NCBI GenBank assembly: GCA_035291225.1
Contig: DATDSO010000004.1
Location: 490,765-554,764, forward strand
Direction of reading: 5' to 3'
DNA length: 64,000 nt
Source: an archaeon
GTDB taxonomy: Archaea; Aenigmatarchaeota; Aenigmatarchaeia; Aenigmatarchaeales; JACQIB01
A program made the position numbers and the translations under genes. Shown piece after piece: positions 28,001 to 36,553 of the stretch. Under the pieces are notes generated by a model. It ran no database searches. It saw nothing but the letters and a program-made list of their open reading frames with translations, and was not told the origin of the DNA. Every line of letters begins with the position of its first letter. Position 1 is the first letter of the stretch.

Positions 28001-28806
28001 AGGCTTGCCGGCGCGCACAGACCACGGCCAGTTGGATTATTCCATACACATTCATCTCCGTAATTCTGACAAAATCTTCCGCGGCCACATGGAATATTTC
28101 CCATCTCGCTGATTGAAGAAAGGTTTATTTGCGATGCATCTTCGAAGTCCACTATAGTTATTGGAACTTTTATCTGGGTAAATTTGGGCCCCAGAGAGCT
28201 AGGTAAAAGCTCTGAGTCAATGAAATCTTCTCGCGGTCCGCATCCCGCCGTTACACAATAAGCCCCCGATTCTGCAGGTAAAATAAAATTACCGGCTTCT
28301 GCATCAAGGCCTTCTTTTCCCGAGCTTGTGTCGGTGTCTTTACAATCCTTCCACCCAGCAATGTTGCATCCATCGCCCATAAATTGTTTCATAACAAGAG
28401 CATTCATGCCAAAATCCCCACCCTCACTCGGACAAAAGCCCTTTACAATTGAAATTCCTGCACGCATTTCTTTTTGAGAACCTTTATTGCAGTTTAGATT
28501 GAATGCATTTATCTTGACATTTTCGCCAGCATCGAATATTTTGAGGTCACCTGTTGGGTTGAACTGGCGCTTTGAAGGCGGAATTATTTCAATTCTATGC
28601 CTGTCGGTCGCAAATGTAAAAAAGCCCGCCGACTCAGAGAAACTTTCTTTAGCCGGTGCAGGAGCGTTGAGATGATTTTTTCCAAAGCTGGCGAAGTCTT
28701 CAGAATTTCCGAAAATAAATGCGGCCGCAGCAAAAATTGCAATAACAATTGTTGCAATAGCAACCGGATTGTGTTTTTCAGGTACTCCACTGCTCATAGA
28801 CATCAT
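25021..28806 (-). CDS. Giant (1261 aa) cell-surface protein: N-terminal signal/TM, Cys-rich head, many Ig/fibronectin-like beta modules, C-terminal TM anchor
   Basis: N-terminal hydrophobic IATIVIAIFAAAAFIF. C-terminal LVLIIGGVVVLILILTYRRQ with a short tail. Long beta-rich repeats. Confidence 0.8.
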   Translation of the reverse strand: MMSMSSGVPEKHNPVAIATIVIAIFAAAAFIFGNSEDFASFGKNHLNAPAPAKESFSESAGFFTFATDRHRIEIIPPSKRQFNPTGDLKIFDAGENVKINAFNLNCNKGSQKEMRAGISIVKGFCPSEGGDFGMNALVMKQFMGDGCNIAGWKDCKDTDTSSGKEGLDAEAGNFILPAESGAYCVTAGCGPREDFIDSELLPSSLGPKFTQIKVPITIVDFEDASQINLSSISEMGNIPCGRGRFCQNYGDECVWNNPTGRGLCAPASLSKKEERVEETVPAVADKTPPEIILLSAPATAWYDTDFSVKFSIREDVGKLNSDTIVATANLEQRCGSTQIVAKQPSLYNVEFKNCKTRSSDVGKDLKFKISASNTAGKKNSYETNVSIVGKPADTDTKPPRCVLSVGRGESNSVTPNDPATLRISCEDDYKTEGDLIGQLGSIEVFVVSGSLEESISKIGSQKPIGTNIFDGEFSCGRDCRQKVFGGDQQEQNFTYKVFVKDFAGHFEKFETEFRVKDVQPPTCSIYYNTEGDINSAPVKAGRGEKVIVHTKCFDNLSLKKIRFYADYVKQDGTEKESDGTPFSLQNNNPQQVIEFAVQIPADAKSNSKVIWYISAEDNDGNFANVPIYGSIIVKDFEPPRVEKIDSVRKIIFDGANFSVFLTASDNVELGLVKIQARKIGGNFEDVQSFNLIRKKVWNFPLEIPASWYSQKLSGQTEFEWKLYLSDKEGNTIQTDYSGTFNVKPSCAERKSISYLDLTSTNAAEYNPGDKISFSASFKNNYTEPNSDCGALVAAMLKLNATTSDGTLKLLSGTTPSGSLEAADFEITLPKPSAEENLMPGDIVSWKIKAWDASGNSIETDEKYFKVKDSESPIIRFEGLPEKVSSSQALKIKICVSDWNRASATSKIEALVGGSRLFSKDINLTTSSGTEDCDIVEYVTDSNLKENSELLFTFTAVDSAGNRALKNQKVRVMNPPQWTENRSPQKAKPNQNIVFSKYWKDDSPLKKAEFWMDFGSGLHKVQTFVFEKPITEGWVNFEQKMPKISEKNITWQMKVEDVFGNVGESDPEIGVGEDIAAPEILELGQSADEIYKSWSNFLRFKGRDDIELESATIYIKEPVDADFKFYASQNLNGLEASTAFEWKNENLIEGNIGWYLVVKDSNGNEVKTETKSFTVSLKEAPTGATPPTAPKITTSNIRKIVPRVESGKITQESGKESPPIDFGTLVLIIGGVVVLILILTYRRQIISSVSPRPWRVPHTNSE

Positions 28807-28880
28807 AAACAGATTTAATCGGCGCGTTTATAAAGATTTGGAGATTTCTTGGAAGTTTTATCAGAAGATTTACTACATAT

Positions 28881-30239
28881 TTAAAAATCTCGATTGCCTA
28901 TATGTGAAACTTTTCCAACCAAGTGTTTGTTCTCAACTCCGGAAATTTTCGCATCCACAAACTCCCCCAACAAATTCTTTTCGATTTCAATCAGCACAGG
29001 CCTGTAAGCAAAATTCCTTCCGATGAATTGCCCTGCTGATTTCCCTTTTTCTGAAACCAAAATTTCTCCCGACCATCTAATCCAAGCCTTATTTTTTTCC
29101 GCAGAAATTCTGTCGCATAATTCTGTGGCCGCGCGCGTCCTGTCCTTCACAATTTCTGTTGGAACTTTTTTCATTTTTGCCGCTGCTGTTCCACCCCTAT
29201 GACCATAGGCGGAAATATTAACATAATCAAATTTTATTTTTTCCAGAACTTTTAGAGTATCTTCGAATTGCTTTTCTGTTTCTTCTGGAAAGCCCACGAT
29301 TATATCTGTCCATATTGTAATCTGCGGAAACTCTTTTCTGAAAGCGGAAACTATTTTCTGGAATTGTGAAACAGTATAATGGCGGTTCATTCTTGCCAGA
29401 ACTCTGTCATTTCCAGATTGAATTGGCAGATGCAAAAATTTGTAAATTTTTTCGCTCTTGTAAGCTTTTATAAGTTGCGGAAGAATTTTCAGAATTCCGT
29501 CGGGGTTTGCCATTCCATTTCGTACGCGAAAGTTTCCTTGTATCGAGCAAACATTTTTTAAAAGCTCTGGTAGGCTGAATGCACTTCTATCAGAACCATA
29601 AACGGCATTATCCTGTGAAGTGAGCCAGACTTCCCTGCAACCCTGTTTCAGCGAATTTTTTACGTCTTTAACAATCGCACCCTGAGAAAAACTTTTTGTA
29701 TTTCCTTTCGCAAGCTTTGTTGCGCAAAAGGTGCAGCGGCTGTTGCAGCCATCCAAAATCTGAACAATATTGACAATTGGATTGAAGCGGATTTTTGGAA
29801 GCAAAGGCTTTTCTAATTCTGATTTTTCTAAAAATTCCACGCGGCCGCCGGAAAAAGTTTTTTGCGCAATTTCAACAACTTTATCAATATTATGCGTGCT
29901 CAACAAACTTGCATTCGGAGAGGCTTTTAAAATTTTTTCTTTTCCAGGTTGAGCCATGCAGCCGGCAACAATAATCTTTTTGCTTCCATTGAGCTTGCGC
30001 AGGCGGTGCAAAATTTTCTGCTCGGTCACATGCTTTACATAGCAAGTATTAAGCAAAATTGTATCAGCTTCATTTTCATTTTTCACGATTTGAAAATTTT
30101 CTTTTGCAAGCAGGCCAGCCATTGCCTCGCTCTCAGCTTGGTTTGCAGAGCAGCCATAAGTTTCCAGAAAAATCTTTTGAGGGTTTTTCTGCCTCGCAGA
30201 ATCTTTCAGATTCTGCCGATCCAGAAGAATTTTTTTCAT
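28881..30239 (-). CDS. Radical-SAM methylthiotransferase, MiaB/RimO/MtaB family (likely tRNA t6A37 methylthiotransferase)
   Basis: N-terminal MTTase domain (ETYGCSANQAESE), radical SAM CNSRCTFC, C-terminal TRAM. Confidence 0.88.
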   Translation of the reverse strand: MKKILLDRQNLKDSARQKNPQKIFLETYGCSANQAESEAMAGLLAKENFQIVKNENEADTILLNTCYVKHVTEQKILHRLRKLNGSKKIIVAGCMAQPGKEKILKASPNASLLSTHNIDKVVEIAQKTFSGGRVEFLEKSELEKPLLPKIRFNPIVNIVQILDGCNSRCTFCATKLAKGNTKSFSQGAIVKDVKNSLKQGCREVWLTSQDNAVYGSDRSAFSLPELLKNVCSIQGNFRVRNGMANPDGILKILPQLIKAYKSEKIYKFLHLPIQSGNDRVLARMNRHYTVSQFQKIVSAFRKEFPQITIWTDIIVGFPEETEKQFEDTLKVLEKIKFDYVNISAYGHRGGTAAAKMKKVPTEIVKDRTRAATELCDRISAEKNKAWIRWSGEILVSEKGKSAGQFIGRNFAYRPVLIEIEKNLLGEFVDAKISGVENKHLVGKVSHIGNRDF

Positions 30240-30245
30240 AGCAAT

Positions 30246-30812
30246 CTATTTTTCTTTCTGCTCTTTCGCGGGCTTTGAAATGCGGCCTTTTTCATAAGTG
30301 TGTATGAGCTTCTCAAGTTCAAGCGCGATTTTTCTCGGGTTTTTAATACCAAGCATTTGAATTGCTTCCGAGCCTGATGTTGGACCGATGGCAATGGTAC
30401 CGTAATTCAAAAACCGCGCGAAGTATCCCTGCTTTACATTCACATCTGAAATGCTGCTGAGGAAAACGCTGTCACGTTTTTTTTGTATTATGCCATGCTC
30501 AATTACAACTTGGCTCGGCGTGATTTTGTATGAGTGGCTGAAGCGGAAAACTTCGACATAAACTATAAAAAATGCGATTACACCGAAAATCGCGTATGCA
30601 GTAAGTGCATGCATTGCAAAGCCAAGAGCCGGCAGGAAAAAATATAGAGCTGCGAAAACCGCTGCTATCAAATAATCTTTAAGAAAAAATATTCGGCTGG
30701 GTTTTATGCTGTAGATTGGAACTTCAATTGGCATGGGAATTTTTGATTTTCTGAAAATATAAATACATGAAAGTGGATGAGTTTCTATGCAATCTGCGAA
30801 AATCGCAATCAT
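30246..30812 (-). CDS. Membrane protein with bacterial-type PH (YdbS/DUF304-like) domain
   Basis: Two TM helices then a PH-like beta domain. Confidence 0.6.
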   Translation of the reverse strand: MIAIFADCIETHPLSCIYIFRKSKIPMPIEVPIYSIKPSRIFFLKDYLIAAVFAALYFFLPALGFAMHALTAYAIFGVIAFFIVYVEVFRFSHSYKITPSQVVIEHGIIQKKRDSVFLSSISDVNVKQGYFARFLNYGTIAIGPTSGSEAIQMLGIKNPRKIALELEKLIHTYEKGRISKPAKEQKEK

Positions 30813-31602
30813 CGGCGGCTCTGGAGTTTACGCTATTGAGGATTTGAAAAATGTTGAAGAGGTTTCTGTTGAAACTCCATTTGGCCCGCCATCGGACAAA
30901 ATTATTCTCGGAGATATTGGGAGCAGGCGAGTTGCTTTTCTGAGCAGGCACGGGCGCGGGCATATTTTCCCGCCGCATTTGGTGAATTACCGCGCAAATA
31001 TTTATGCGCTGAAAAAACTTGGAGTGGAAAGGATTTTTGCTGTAAATGCGTGCGGCTCTCTAAGGGAAGATTTTGTTCCGGGAGAAATTGTAATACTTGA
31101 CCAATTTATTGACTGTACGAAATCGCGTGTGTCAACTTTTTTTGAGGGAAAAAATAAAGAAGGCGAGTTCAATGGAGCATGCCATATTTCTGTCGCAGAT
31201 CCATTTTGTCCGGGCTTGAGGAAAAAATTAATTTCAGCGGCGGAAAAATTAAATATTTCGCACAAGCCTGCCGGCACTTACATTTGCATTGAGGGCCCGC
31301 GTTTTTCAACGCGCGCGGAAAGTAAAGCTTTCCAAAAAATGGGCGCGGATATTATTGGAATGACTCTTGTGCCGGAAGCTGTTTTGGCAAGAGAAATGGA
31401 AATATGCTATGTTTCGCTCGCGCTCAATACAGACTATGATTGCTGGAAAACTGACCGCGAGCCTGTTTCGCACCATGAAGTTTTGGAAATGGTTAAGGGA
31501 AATGTTTCAAAAGCAAAAAAACTTTTATTTTATGTTATTCCAGAGCTGCCGGAAGAGCGCGCGTGCGGCTGTGGGAAAGCGCGTGAGAATGCGATGATGT
31601 GA
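30787..31602 (+). CDS. mtnP: 5'-methylthioadenosine/purine nucleoside phosphorylase
   Basis: PNP/MTAP family motifs (IAIIGGSGVY, NACGSL, IGMT). C-terminal Cys cluster as in archaeal MTAP. Confidence 0.88.
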   Translation: MQSAKIAIIGGSGVYAIEDLKNVEEVSVETPFGPPSDKIILGDIGSRRVAFLSRHGRGHIFPPHLVNYRANIYALKKLGVERIFAVNACGSLREDFVPGEIVILDQFIDCTKSRVSTFFEGKNKEGEFNGACHISVADPFCPGLRKKLISAAEKLNISHKPAGTYICIEGPRFSTRAESKAFQKMGADIIGMTLVPEAVLAREMEICYVSLALNTDYDCWKTDREPVSHHEVLEMVKGNVSKAKKLLFYVIPELPEERACGCGKARENAMM

Positions 31603-31705
31603 TCTGTAGAAAGCTTCTTAAAGATTTTCTTTCTCGGCAGCTGACGTTGCAGTGTCAGATAGGTTTAAATAGAATCAAATCAATTACTATATTGAGGTAA
31701 TAAGT

Positions 31706-32572
31706 ATGTCACGCCAGATGATTGAAAACGCCACCTTTTACCTGACTCCTGAGCTTACCAAAGTGAGGGAGAAGGTAATTCACAGCAGCGGCGAAGAGAA
31801 GTTTGCGGCAGAAGACATTTTGAGAAGATATGAAGAGCTTACCCAATCAGAGGAAAGAATAAATAAGGATATCTTATATCGCTTGGCGCAAGATGTAGTC
31901 GGCTTTGATGCGCAGGATTGCAGATTCGAAAGAAGTGAGGAATATAGAAGAGTTAAAGATGATTTATACGAGCAAAGAGGAATGCAGGAGAAAAAAATAG
32001 AAGAAAATAAAAAACGGGCGCTGGATGATTTGACTGCCGAGAAAACAATGTGGGACAAATTCAGCCCGTGGGCAACGAGAGGAATAGCGGCGCTTGTCGG
32101 TTACTTCGGTACAAAACTTGCTGTGGCGGGCGGAGGTAAAGTAGTTTCTGACATTGAAGACCTGCCAGTCATGACAGCTCTTGCTGCGGTTGGAGCAATT
32201 GAGGGAGGTCTGCGAATTTCCAGAAATCGCGCTCAAAGGAGAATAACGAATAATTATTATAAGCAGATGCAGGAGCTTGAAAAAGAATTTTCAGAAGGAA
32301 CATCAAATATTGATTCTTGGCTTTCTGAACAAAAAAGAAAAATATATTTACGCTCAGATGAAAAGCTTAGAAAAGTTTATGAAATATGTTATGGTCTCGA
32401 GGCGGCGAAAAATTTACCACCACAGAGCGCGGTTGAATTTGATGAAGCAGCGCTCCATAAGCATCGTGTGGAGGATGAAGCTCCGGAAGCTGCAGCTTTG
32501 AAAAAAGTTAGGCCGGAAGACATTTCAGCAAGAGCCAGGGCTATAAGGGAAGATTTAAAAAGAGGGAAATGA
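31706..32572 (+). CDS. Hypothetical coiled-coil protein with central hydrophobic segment
   Basis: 288 aa. Confidence 0.55.
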   Translation: MSRQMIENATFYLTPELTKVREKVIHSSGEEKFAAEDILRRYEELTQSEERINKDILYRLAQDVVGFDAQDCRFERSEEYRRVKDDLYEQRGMQEKKIEENKKRALDDLTAEKTMWDKFSPWATRGIAALVGYFGTKLAVAGGGKVVSDIEDLPVMTALAAVGAIEGGLRISRNRAQRRITNNYYKQMQELEKEFSEGTSNIDSWLSEQKRKIYLRSDEKLRKVYEICYGLEAAKNLPPQSAVEFDEAALHKHRVEDEAPEAAALKKVRPEDISARARAIREDLKRGK

Positions 32573-32583
32573 AGTGATTAATT

Positions 32584-32955
32584 ATGGGGCTTTACTTAAT
32601 TGGTTTCTCAGATTCGCCAAAAAGGTCGTCAGAAGTTGTGGGTGAAACAGTTAAAGCCATACGAGAGGCTCAGCAGGCGTTGCGAGAAAGATTAAGACCT
32701 TACGAAGTTGTCGGACAACCGGGAGTTTATGCAAATGGCGCACATAAAGAAACCGTCGCAGCTGGCGGAACCGCCCCTTACTTGAGGCCGGCGCAGGCAG
32801 ATCCTCAAGCAGAAGCATGCTCCACAGAACTTATGAGGCAGATAAGAGATTTGAGGAAATATTGCGAAAGAGAGCAGATACCGATTCCTACTGAACTTGC
32901 AGATGCTGAACTCACTCAAAGAAGAATGTGCGGCCTGCTCGCAGATGGATTGTAA
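32584..32955 (+). CDS. Hypothetical protein
   Basis: 123 aa. Confidence 0.45.
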   Translation: MGLYLIGFSDSPKRSSEVVGETVKAIREAQQALRERLRPYEVVGQPGVYANGAHKETVAAGGTAPYLRPAQADPQAEACSTELMRQIRDLRKYCEREQIPIPTELADAELTQRRMCGLLADGL

Positions 32956-32958
32956 TTT

Positions 32959-33645
32959 TTATTTCTCCACCAATCTCGCGTCCGCAACCAAATATCCAGA
33001 AGAAGTTTTTCTGTCCCAAATTTTTTCTTTTGCTTCAAAGGAAATTTTTTTATTGTAAAGCGGGCAGTCCAGAACAAGAGATTCAAATTCCCCGCCCTCG
33101 CCCACCGGGCTTATTCCGGTTTTTTTATTTAGCTCTAAAAGTTCCTCAACTGCTTTTGAGTCAAGTTCGCGGCCGAGCCATTTTTCTCCAAGACCGTCAG
33201 CGGAAACGCTTACGAAAATAATTTTAAATCCCTCGGACAAAAGCCCGAGCAAATGCTCTTTCGGGTTAATTCCCCAGAGCGGTGCTATCATTTTCAATCC
33301 AAGCTCATTGCAAATTTTTTCAATTCTGCTTCCTTGGTATTTTGAAGAAAGCCCGCCGCAAATAATTCCCTCAACATTAAATTTTTTCTTTGCGTTGGAA
33401 ATTAAATTTTTCAAATCCTCAAGCTCTTCCTCTTTTTTTCCCGCGCTCTCGGCTGTCAAGTGCGGCATGCCCATTGCTTCTGCCGCGAGCCTGCTGAGCT
33501 CAATGTTGCGCGTGTGAAACATGTAGCTGTCTTCGTTCCTGCTGAAAATTGTAAGGCAGGCGCAAACCTCATGCCCCATTTTTTTCGCAAGATAAATCGC
33601 GCGGACGCTGTCTTTCCCGCCGGACAAAAGAGCTGCGCATTTCAT
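32959..33645 (-). CDS. dph6: Diphthine-ammonia ligase (diphthamide synthase), PP-loop ATP pyrophosphatase
   Basis: N-terminal SGGKDS PP-loop, MJ0570-like sequence. Confidence 0.8.
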   Translation of the reverse strand: MKCAALLSGGKDSVRAIYLAKKMGHEVCACLTIFSRNEDSYMFHTRNIELSRLAAEAMGMPHLTAESAGKKEEELEDLKNLISNAKKKFNVEGIICGGLSSKYQGSRIEKICNELGLKMIAPLWGINPKEHLLGLLSEGFKIIFVSVSADGLGEKWLGRELDSKAVEELLELNKKTGISPVGEGGEFESLVLDCPLYNKKISFEAKEKIWDRKTSSGYLVADARLVEK

Positions 33646-33699
33646 AGAAAATTTTATTGGAGAAGAAAGTTATAAAGATTTTAATTTCTCCTGCCGCGT

Positions 33700-33732
33700 G
33701 AAAACAAGCTTTATAAATCCCCTTTATAAACC
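33700..33732 (+). promoter_or_regulatory. tbp promoter: CGTGAAAAC element followed by two tandem TATA boxes (GCTTTATAAATCC, CCTTTATAAACC)
   Basis: Located 30-55 nt upstream of ATG 33761. Confidence 0.5.
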
Positions 33733-33760
33733 TTTATTGCGCAGTAAAATCGGTGTTCTC

Positions 33761-34309
33761 ATGAGTTATCATATAAAAATTGAAAACGTTGTTGCTTCTG
33801 CAATTCTCCACTGCACAATAAAGCTGGAGAAAGTTGTTTCCATGATGGAGGGAATTGAATACGAGCCTGAGCAGTTTCCGGGGGTTGTCTACAGAATGAA
33901 AAATCCGAAAGCGGCTGCGCTGATTTTCGGCTCGGGAAAACTTGTCTGCACAGGAACAACAAGCCCCGGAATGGCAAAGGAAGTTGTCGCGCGAGTTGTG
34001 CGCGACCTGCGAAAAATCGGTACAAAAGTTCCGCATAAATATGATGTGCGCATGGAAAATATTGTCGCGTCCGCAAAAATTGAGCAGGAAGTAAATCTGG
34101 ATGAGATCGCTTTCACTTTGGAAAATACTGAATATGAACCCGAGCAGTTCCCAGGATTGGTTTTCAGAATGACTGAGCCGAAAGTTACTTTCCTTCTTTT
34201 CACTTCCGGAAAAGTTATCTGCACGGGGGCGCGCTCTGTTGCTGATGTCGGGCGCGCTGTTGAAAAATTGGATAAGAGACTAAGGCTGATGAAGAGGACT
34301 GGGAAGTAG
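33761..34309 (+). CDS. tbp: TATA-box binding protein
   Basis: Two direct TBP repeats (VENVVASA... / MENIVASA...). Tandem TATA boxes at 33708-33732. The track ORF begins upstream at 33698, but 33761 fits TBP length and the promoter. Confidence 0.9.
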   Translation: MSYHIKIENVVASAILHCTIKLEKVVSMMEGIEYEPEQFPGVVYRMKNPKAAALIFGSGKLVCTGTTSPGMAKEVVARVVRDLRKIGTKVPHKYDVRMENIVASAKIEQEVNLDEIAFTLENTEYEPEQFPGLVFRMTEPKVTFLLFTSGKVICTGARSVADVGRAVEKLDKRLRLMKRTGK

Positions 34310-34404
34310 AATTTCTATTAACCACTCTTCCGCCTCAACTTCTTATGGAAAGAAAACTTAAATACTTTGAGCCCGCAATAATTTCTGTTTGAATGAAGCT
34401 CGCA

Positions 34405-34460
34405 CGCAGGGTGCTCACTTCGTTCACACCCCGCACCCCTATCATATGCGTGTTCGCAAA
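34405..34460 (+). ncRNA. Conserved about 55-nt element, copy 2 (free-standing in the tbp-mcm spacer, own TATA about 40 nt upstream)
   Basis: CGCAGGGTGCTCACTTCGTTCACACCCCGCACCCCTATCATATGCGTGTTCGCAAA. TATA AACTTAAATAC at 34356-34366. No tRNA exons around it. Confidence 0.45.
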
Positions 34461-34493
34461 CTGATGTGTAAAAAATATTAAAAAAAGATTTCT

Positions 34494-36524
34494 ATGCCAG
34501 CTATAGCAAAAGTTTCCGAGGGTGGCGAAGTTTTGCAGTTTGAAGAATTTTTCCGGCAGTTTTACGAAAAAGAATTTCTGGAAGCCGCGCGCGAAGGAAG
34601 AAAAGCAGTTTCAATTGATTTTTCCCTTCTGGATAAATTTGACCCAAACCTTGCGGACAAACTTTTGAATGACCCGAAAAATATTTTGGAAGCTGCAGGG
34701 CTTGCTGTGCAGGGATTGGACTTTCCAGAGGAAAATGTAAAAATTATTCCGCGATTCAAAAATTTTCCAGAAGCTGCTCAAGTGCGCATAAGGGATTTGC
34801 GCGCCCAGCATATTGGAAAATTTATTCAGGTTGATGGAATTGTCAGGCGCGCGAGCGAGGTTCTGCCGGAAGTTTCTGTTGCAATTTTTTCCTGCCCAGA
34901 CTGCGGAAATAAAATTTCCGTTGAGCAGAATGAAAAATTTATAAAACCGCCAGCCTACTGCGACAATGATTCCTGCGGATACAAAGGGAAATTTGAGCTT
35001 GCTGCGCAAAAATTAATTGACTCGCGCAGAATTGTTTTGGAAGAGCCTTATGAAACAACAACAGGCTCGCGCTCCGGAGAAGTTACAATTTATCTTATCG
35101 GCGACATGACAACTCCAGAAATGCAAAGGAAAACTGATCCGGGAAACAGATTGAAAATTACAGGAATAGTAACAGAATTGAGAAAAATTATCAAGGGCTC
35201 AATGAAGCGCCAGTTGGATATTTTTATAGAGGCAAACCATGCAGAGTCTGCTGATATTGAATGGGATGAGGTTACGATTTCAGACGAGGACAAGAAAAGA
35301 ATTTTAGATCTTGCACAAAGGCCAGATGTTTATGACAAACTTGTTGGCTCGCTTGCCCCTTCAATTTTCGGACTGAAAGAAGTCAAGGAGGCAATTCTTC
35401 TGCAGATGTTCGGAGGCGTCCAGCACATTCTTCCCGACAGCACGCGCATCCGCGGGGACATTCACATTTTGCTTTTAGGAGATCCATCAGTAGCAAAATC
35501 TCAATTATTAAAATTAGCAAGCTCAACAATCCCACGCGGAAAATATGCAAGCGGCGGCGGAGTTACAGGGACCGGATTGACCGCGACTGTTTTCAAAGAT
35601 GAGGAGCTTGGGGATTGGGTTTTGGAGGCCGGTGCCTTAGTTCTAGCAAATAAAAGTTTAATGGCGATTGACGAGTTTGATAAAATTGATAGAGAAGATT
35701 TATCCCGTTTGCACGAGGCTCTTGAGCAGCAAACGATTTCAATTGCAAAAGCTTCCATTGTCGCAACACTGCCTGCGCAGGTTTCTGTTCTTGCCGGCGC
35801 GAATCCAACATTCGGAAGGTTTGATCCGCTGAAGCCTATGGCAGAGCAAACAAAAATTCCAGAAACTTTGCTTTCGCGTTTTGATGTGAAATTTGCTTTG
35901 CGCGATGTGCCGGACCGCGAGCGCGACGAGCGCTTGGCATCGCACATTTTGGAAACGCGCATGCACCCGGAAAAAATTGAGCCGGAAATTTCCACTGATT
36001 TGTTGAGAAAATATATTGCTTACGCGCGAAAATTCTGCCATCCTAAAATGACGCGCGATGCAATTGAAATGCTGAAAAAATTTTACTTGGATATGCGCGG
36101 AATGTCTGGAGGCTCTGGAACAATTGCAATTACTCTCAGGCAAAATGAAGCTCTCATGAGATTGTCCGAGGCTTCTGCAAAAATTCGGCTGGGAGAGAAT
36201 GTCGAAGTGGCTGATGCAGAGCGCGCGATTTACATCATGAAAGAAAGTTTGCGCCAGCTCGCGCTTGATACAGAAACAGGAAAAATTGACATTGATAGGG
36301 TTGAGGGAATTACTCCTGGCTCCCAGCGCCAAAAGATTCACAATGTTATTGACATTATTGAGCGTTTGAGCAAGAGCATGGGAAAGCAAGTGCCGCGCGA
36401 AGAAATTTTGGCTGTTGCGCAGGATGAGGGAATTAAAGAAGAGGATGCGGATGAATTATTGAACAGGCTAAAGAGAGAAGGAATTATTTTCGAGCCAAAG
36501 CAGGGATTTGTGCAGAAGATTTAG
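34494..36524 (+). CDS. mcm: MCM replicative helicase
   Basis: N-terminal C4 zinc finger (CPDCGN...CDNDSCGY), AAA+ Walker A GDPSVAKSQLLK, Walker B IDEFDK, arginine finger, C-terminal winged helix. Confidence 0.93.
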   Translation: MPAIAKVSEGGEVLQFEEFFRQFYEKEFLEAAREGRKAVSIDFSLLDKFDPNLADKLLNDPKNILEAAGLAVQGLDFPEENVKIIPRFKNFPEAAQVRIRDLRAQHIGKFIQVDGIVRRASEVLPEVSVAIFSCPDCGNKISVEQNEKFIKPPAYCDNDSCGYKGKFELAAQKLIDSRRIVLEEPYETTTGSRSGEVTIYLIGDMTTPEMQRKTDPGNRLKITGIVTELRKIIKGSMKRQLDIFIEANHAESADIEWDEVTISDEDKKRILDLAQRPDVYDKLVGSLAPSIFGLKEVKEAILLQMFGGVQHILPDSTRIRGDIHILLLGDPSVAKSQLLKLASSTIPRGKYASGGGVTGTGLTATVFKDEELGDWVLEAGALVLANKSLMAIDEFDKIDREDLSRLHEALEQQTISIAKASIVATLPAQVSVLAGANPTFGRFDPLKPMAEQTKIPETLLSRFDVKFALRDVPDRERDERLASHILETRMHPEKIEPEISTDLLRKYIAYARKFCHPKMTRDAIEMLKKFYLDMRGMSGGSGTIAITLRQNEALMRLSEASAKIRLGENVEVADAERAIYIMKESLRQLALDTETGKIDIDRVEGITPGSQRQKIHNVIDIIERLSKSMGKQVPREEILAVAQDEGIKEEDADELLNRLKREGIIFEPKQGFVQKI

Positions 36525-36533
36525 TTTAAATAT
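36524..36533 (+). promoter_or_regulatory. TATA box (GTTTAAATAT) for the OB-fold gene
   Basis: About -29 from ATG 36554. The (G/C)TTTAAATA consensus recurs upstream of many genes (37304, 45612, 51816, 53563, 58954, 41509). Confidence 0.5.
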
Positions 36534-36553
36534 TTTAAAATTATGTTGATGTT

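Noticed and set aside
35739-36389. 216-aa minus-strand ORF, plus 35501..35995 and 34611..35009
   Set aside because: Antisense to mcm. No features. Rejected as overlapping shadow frames.
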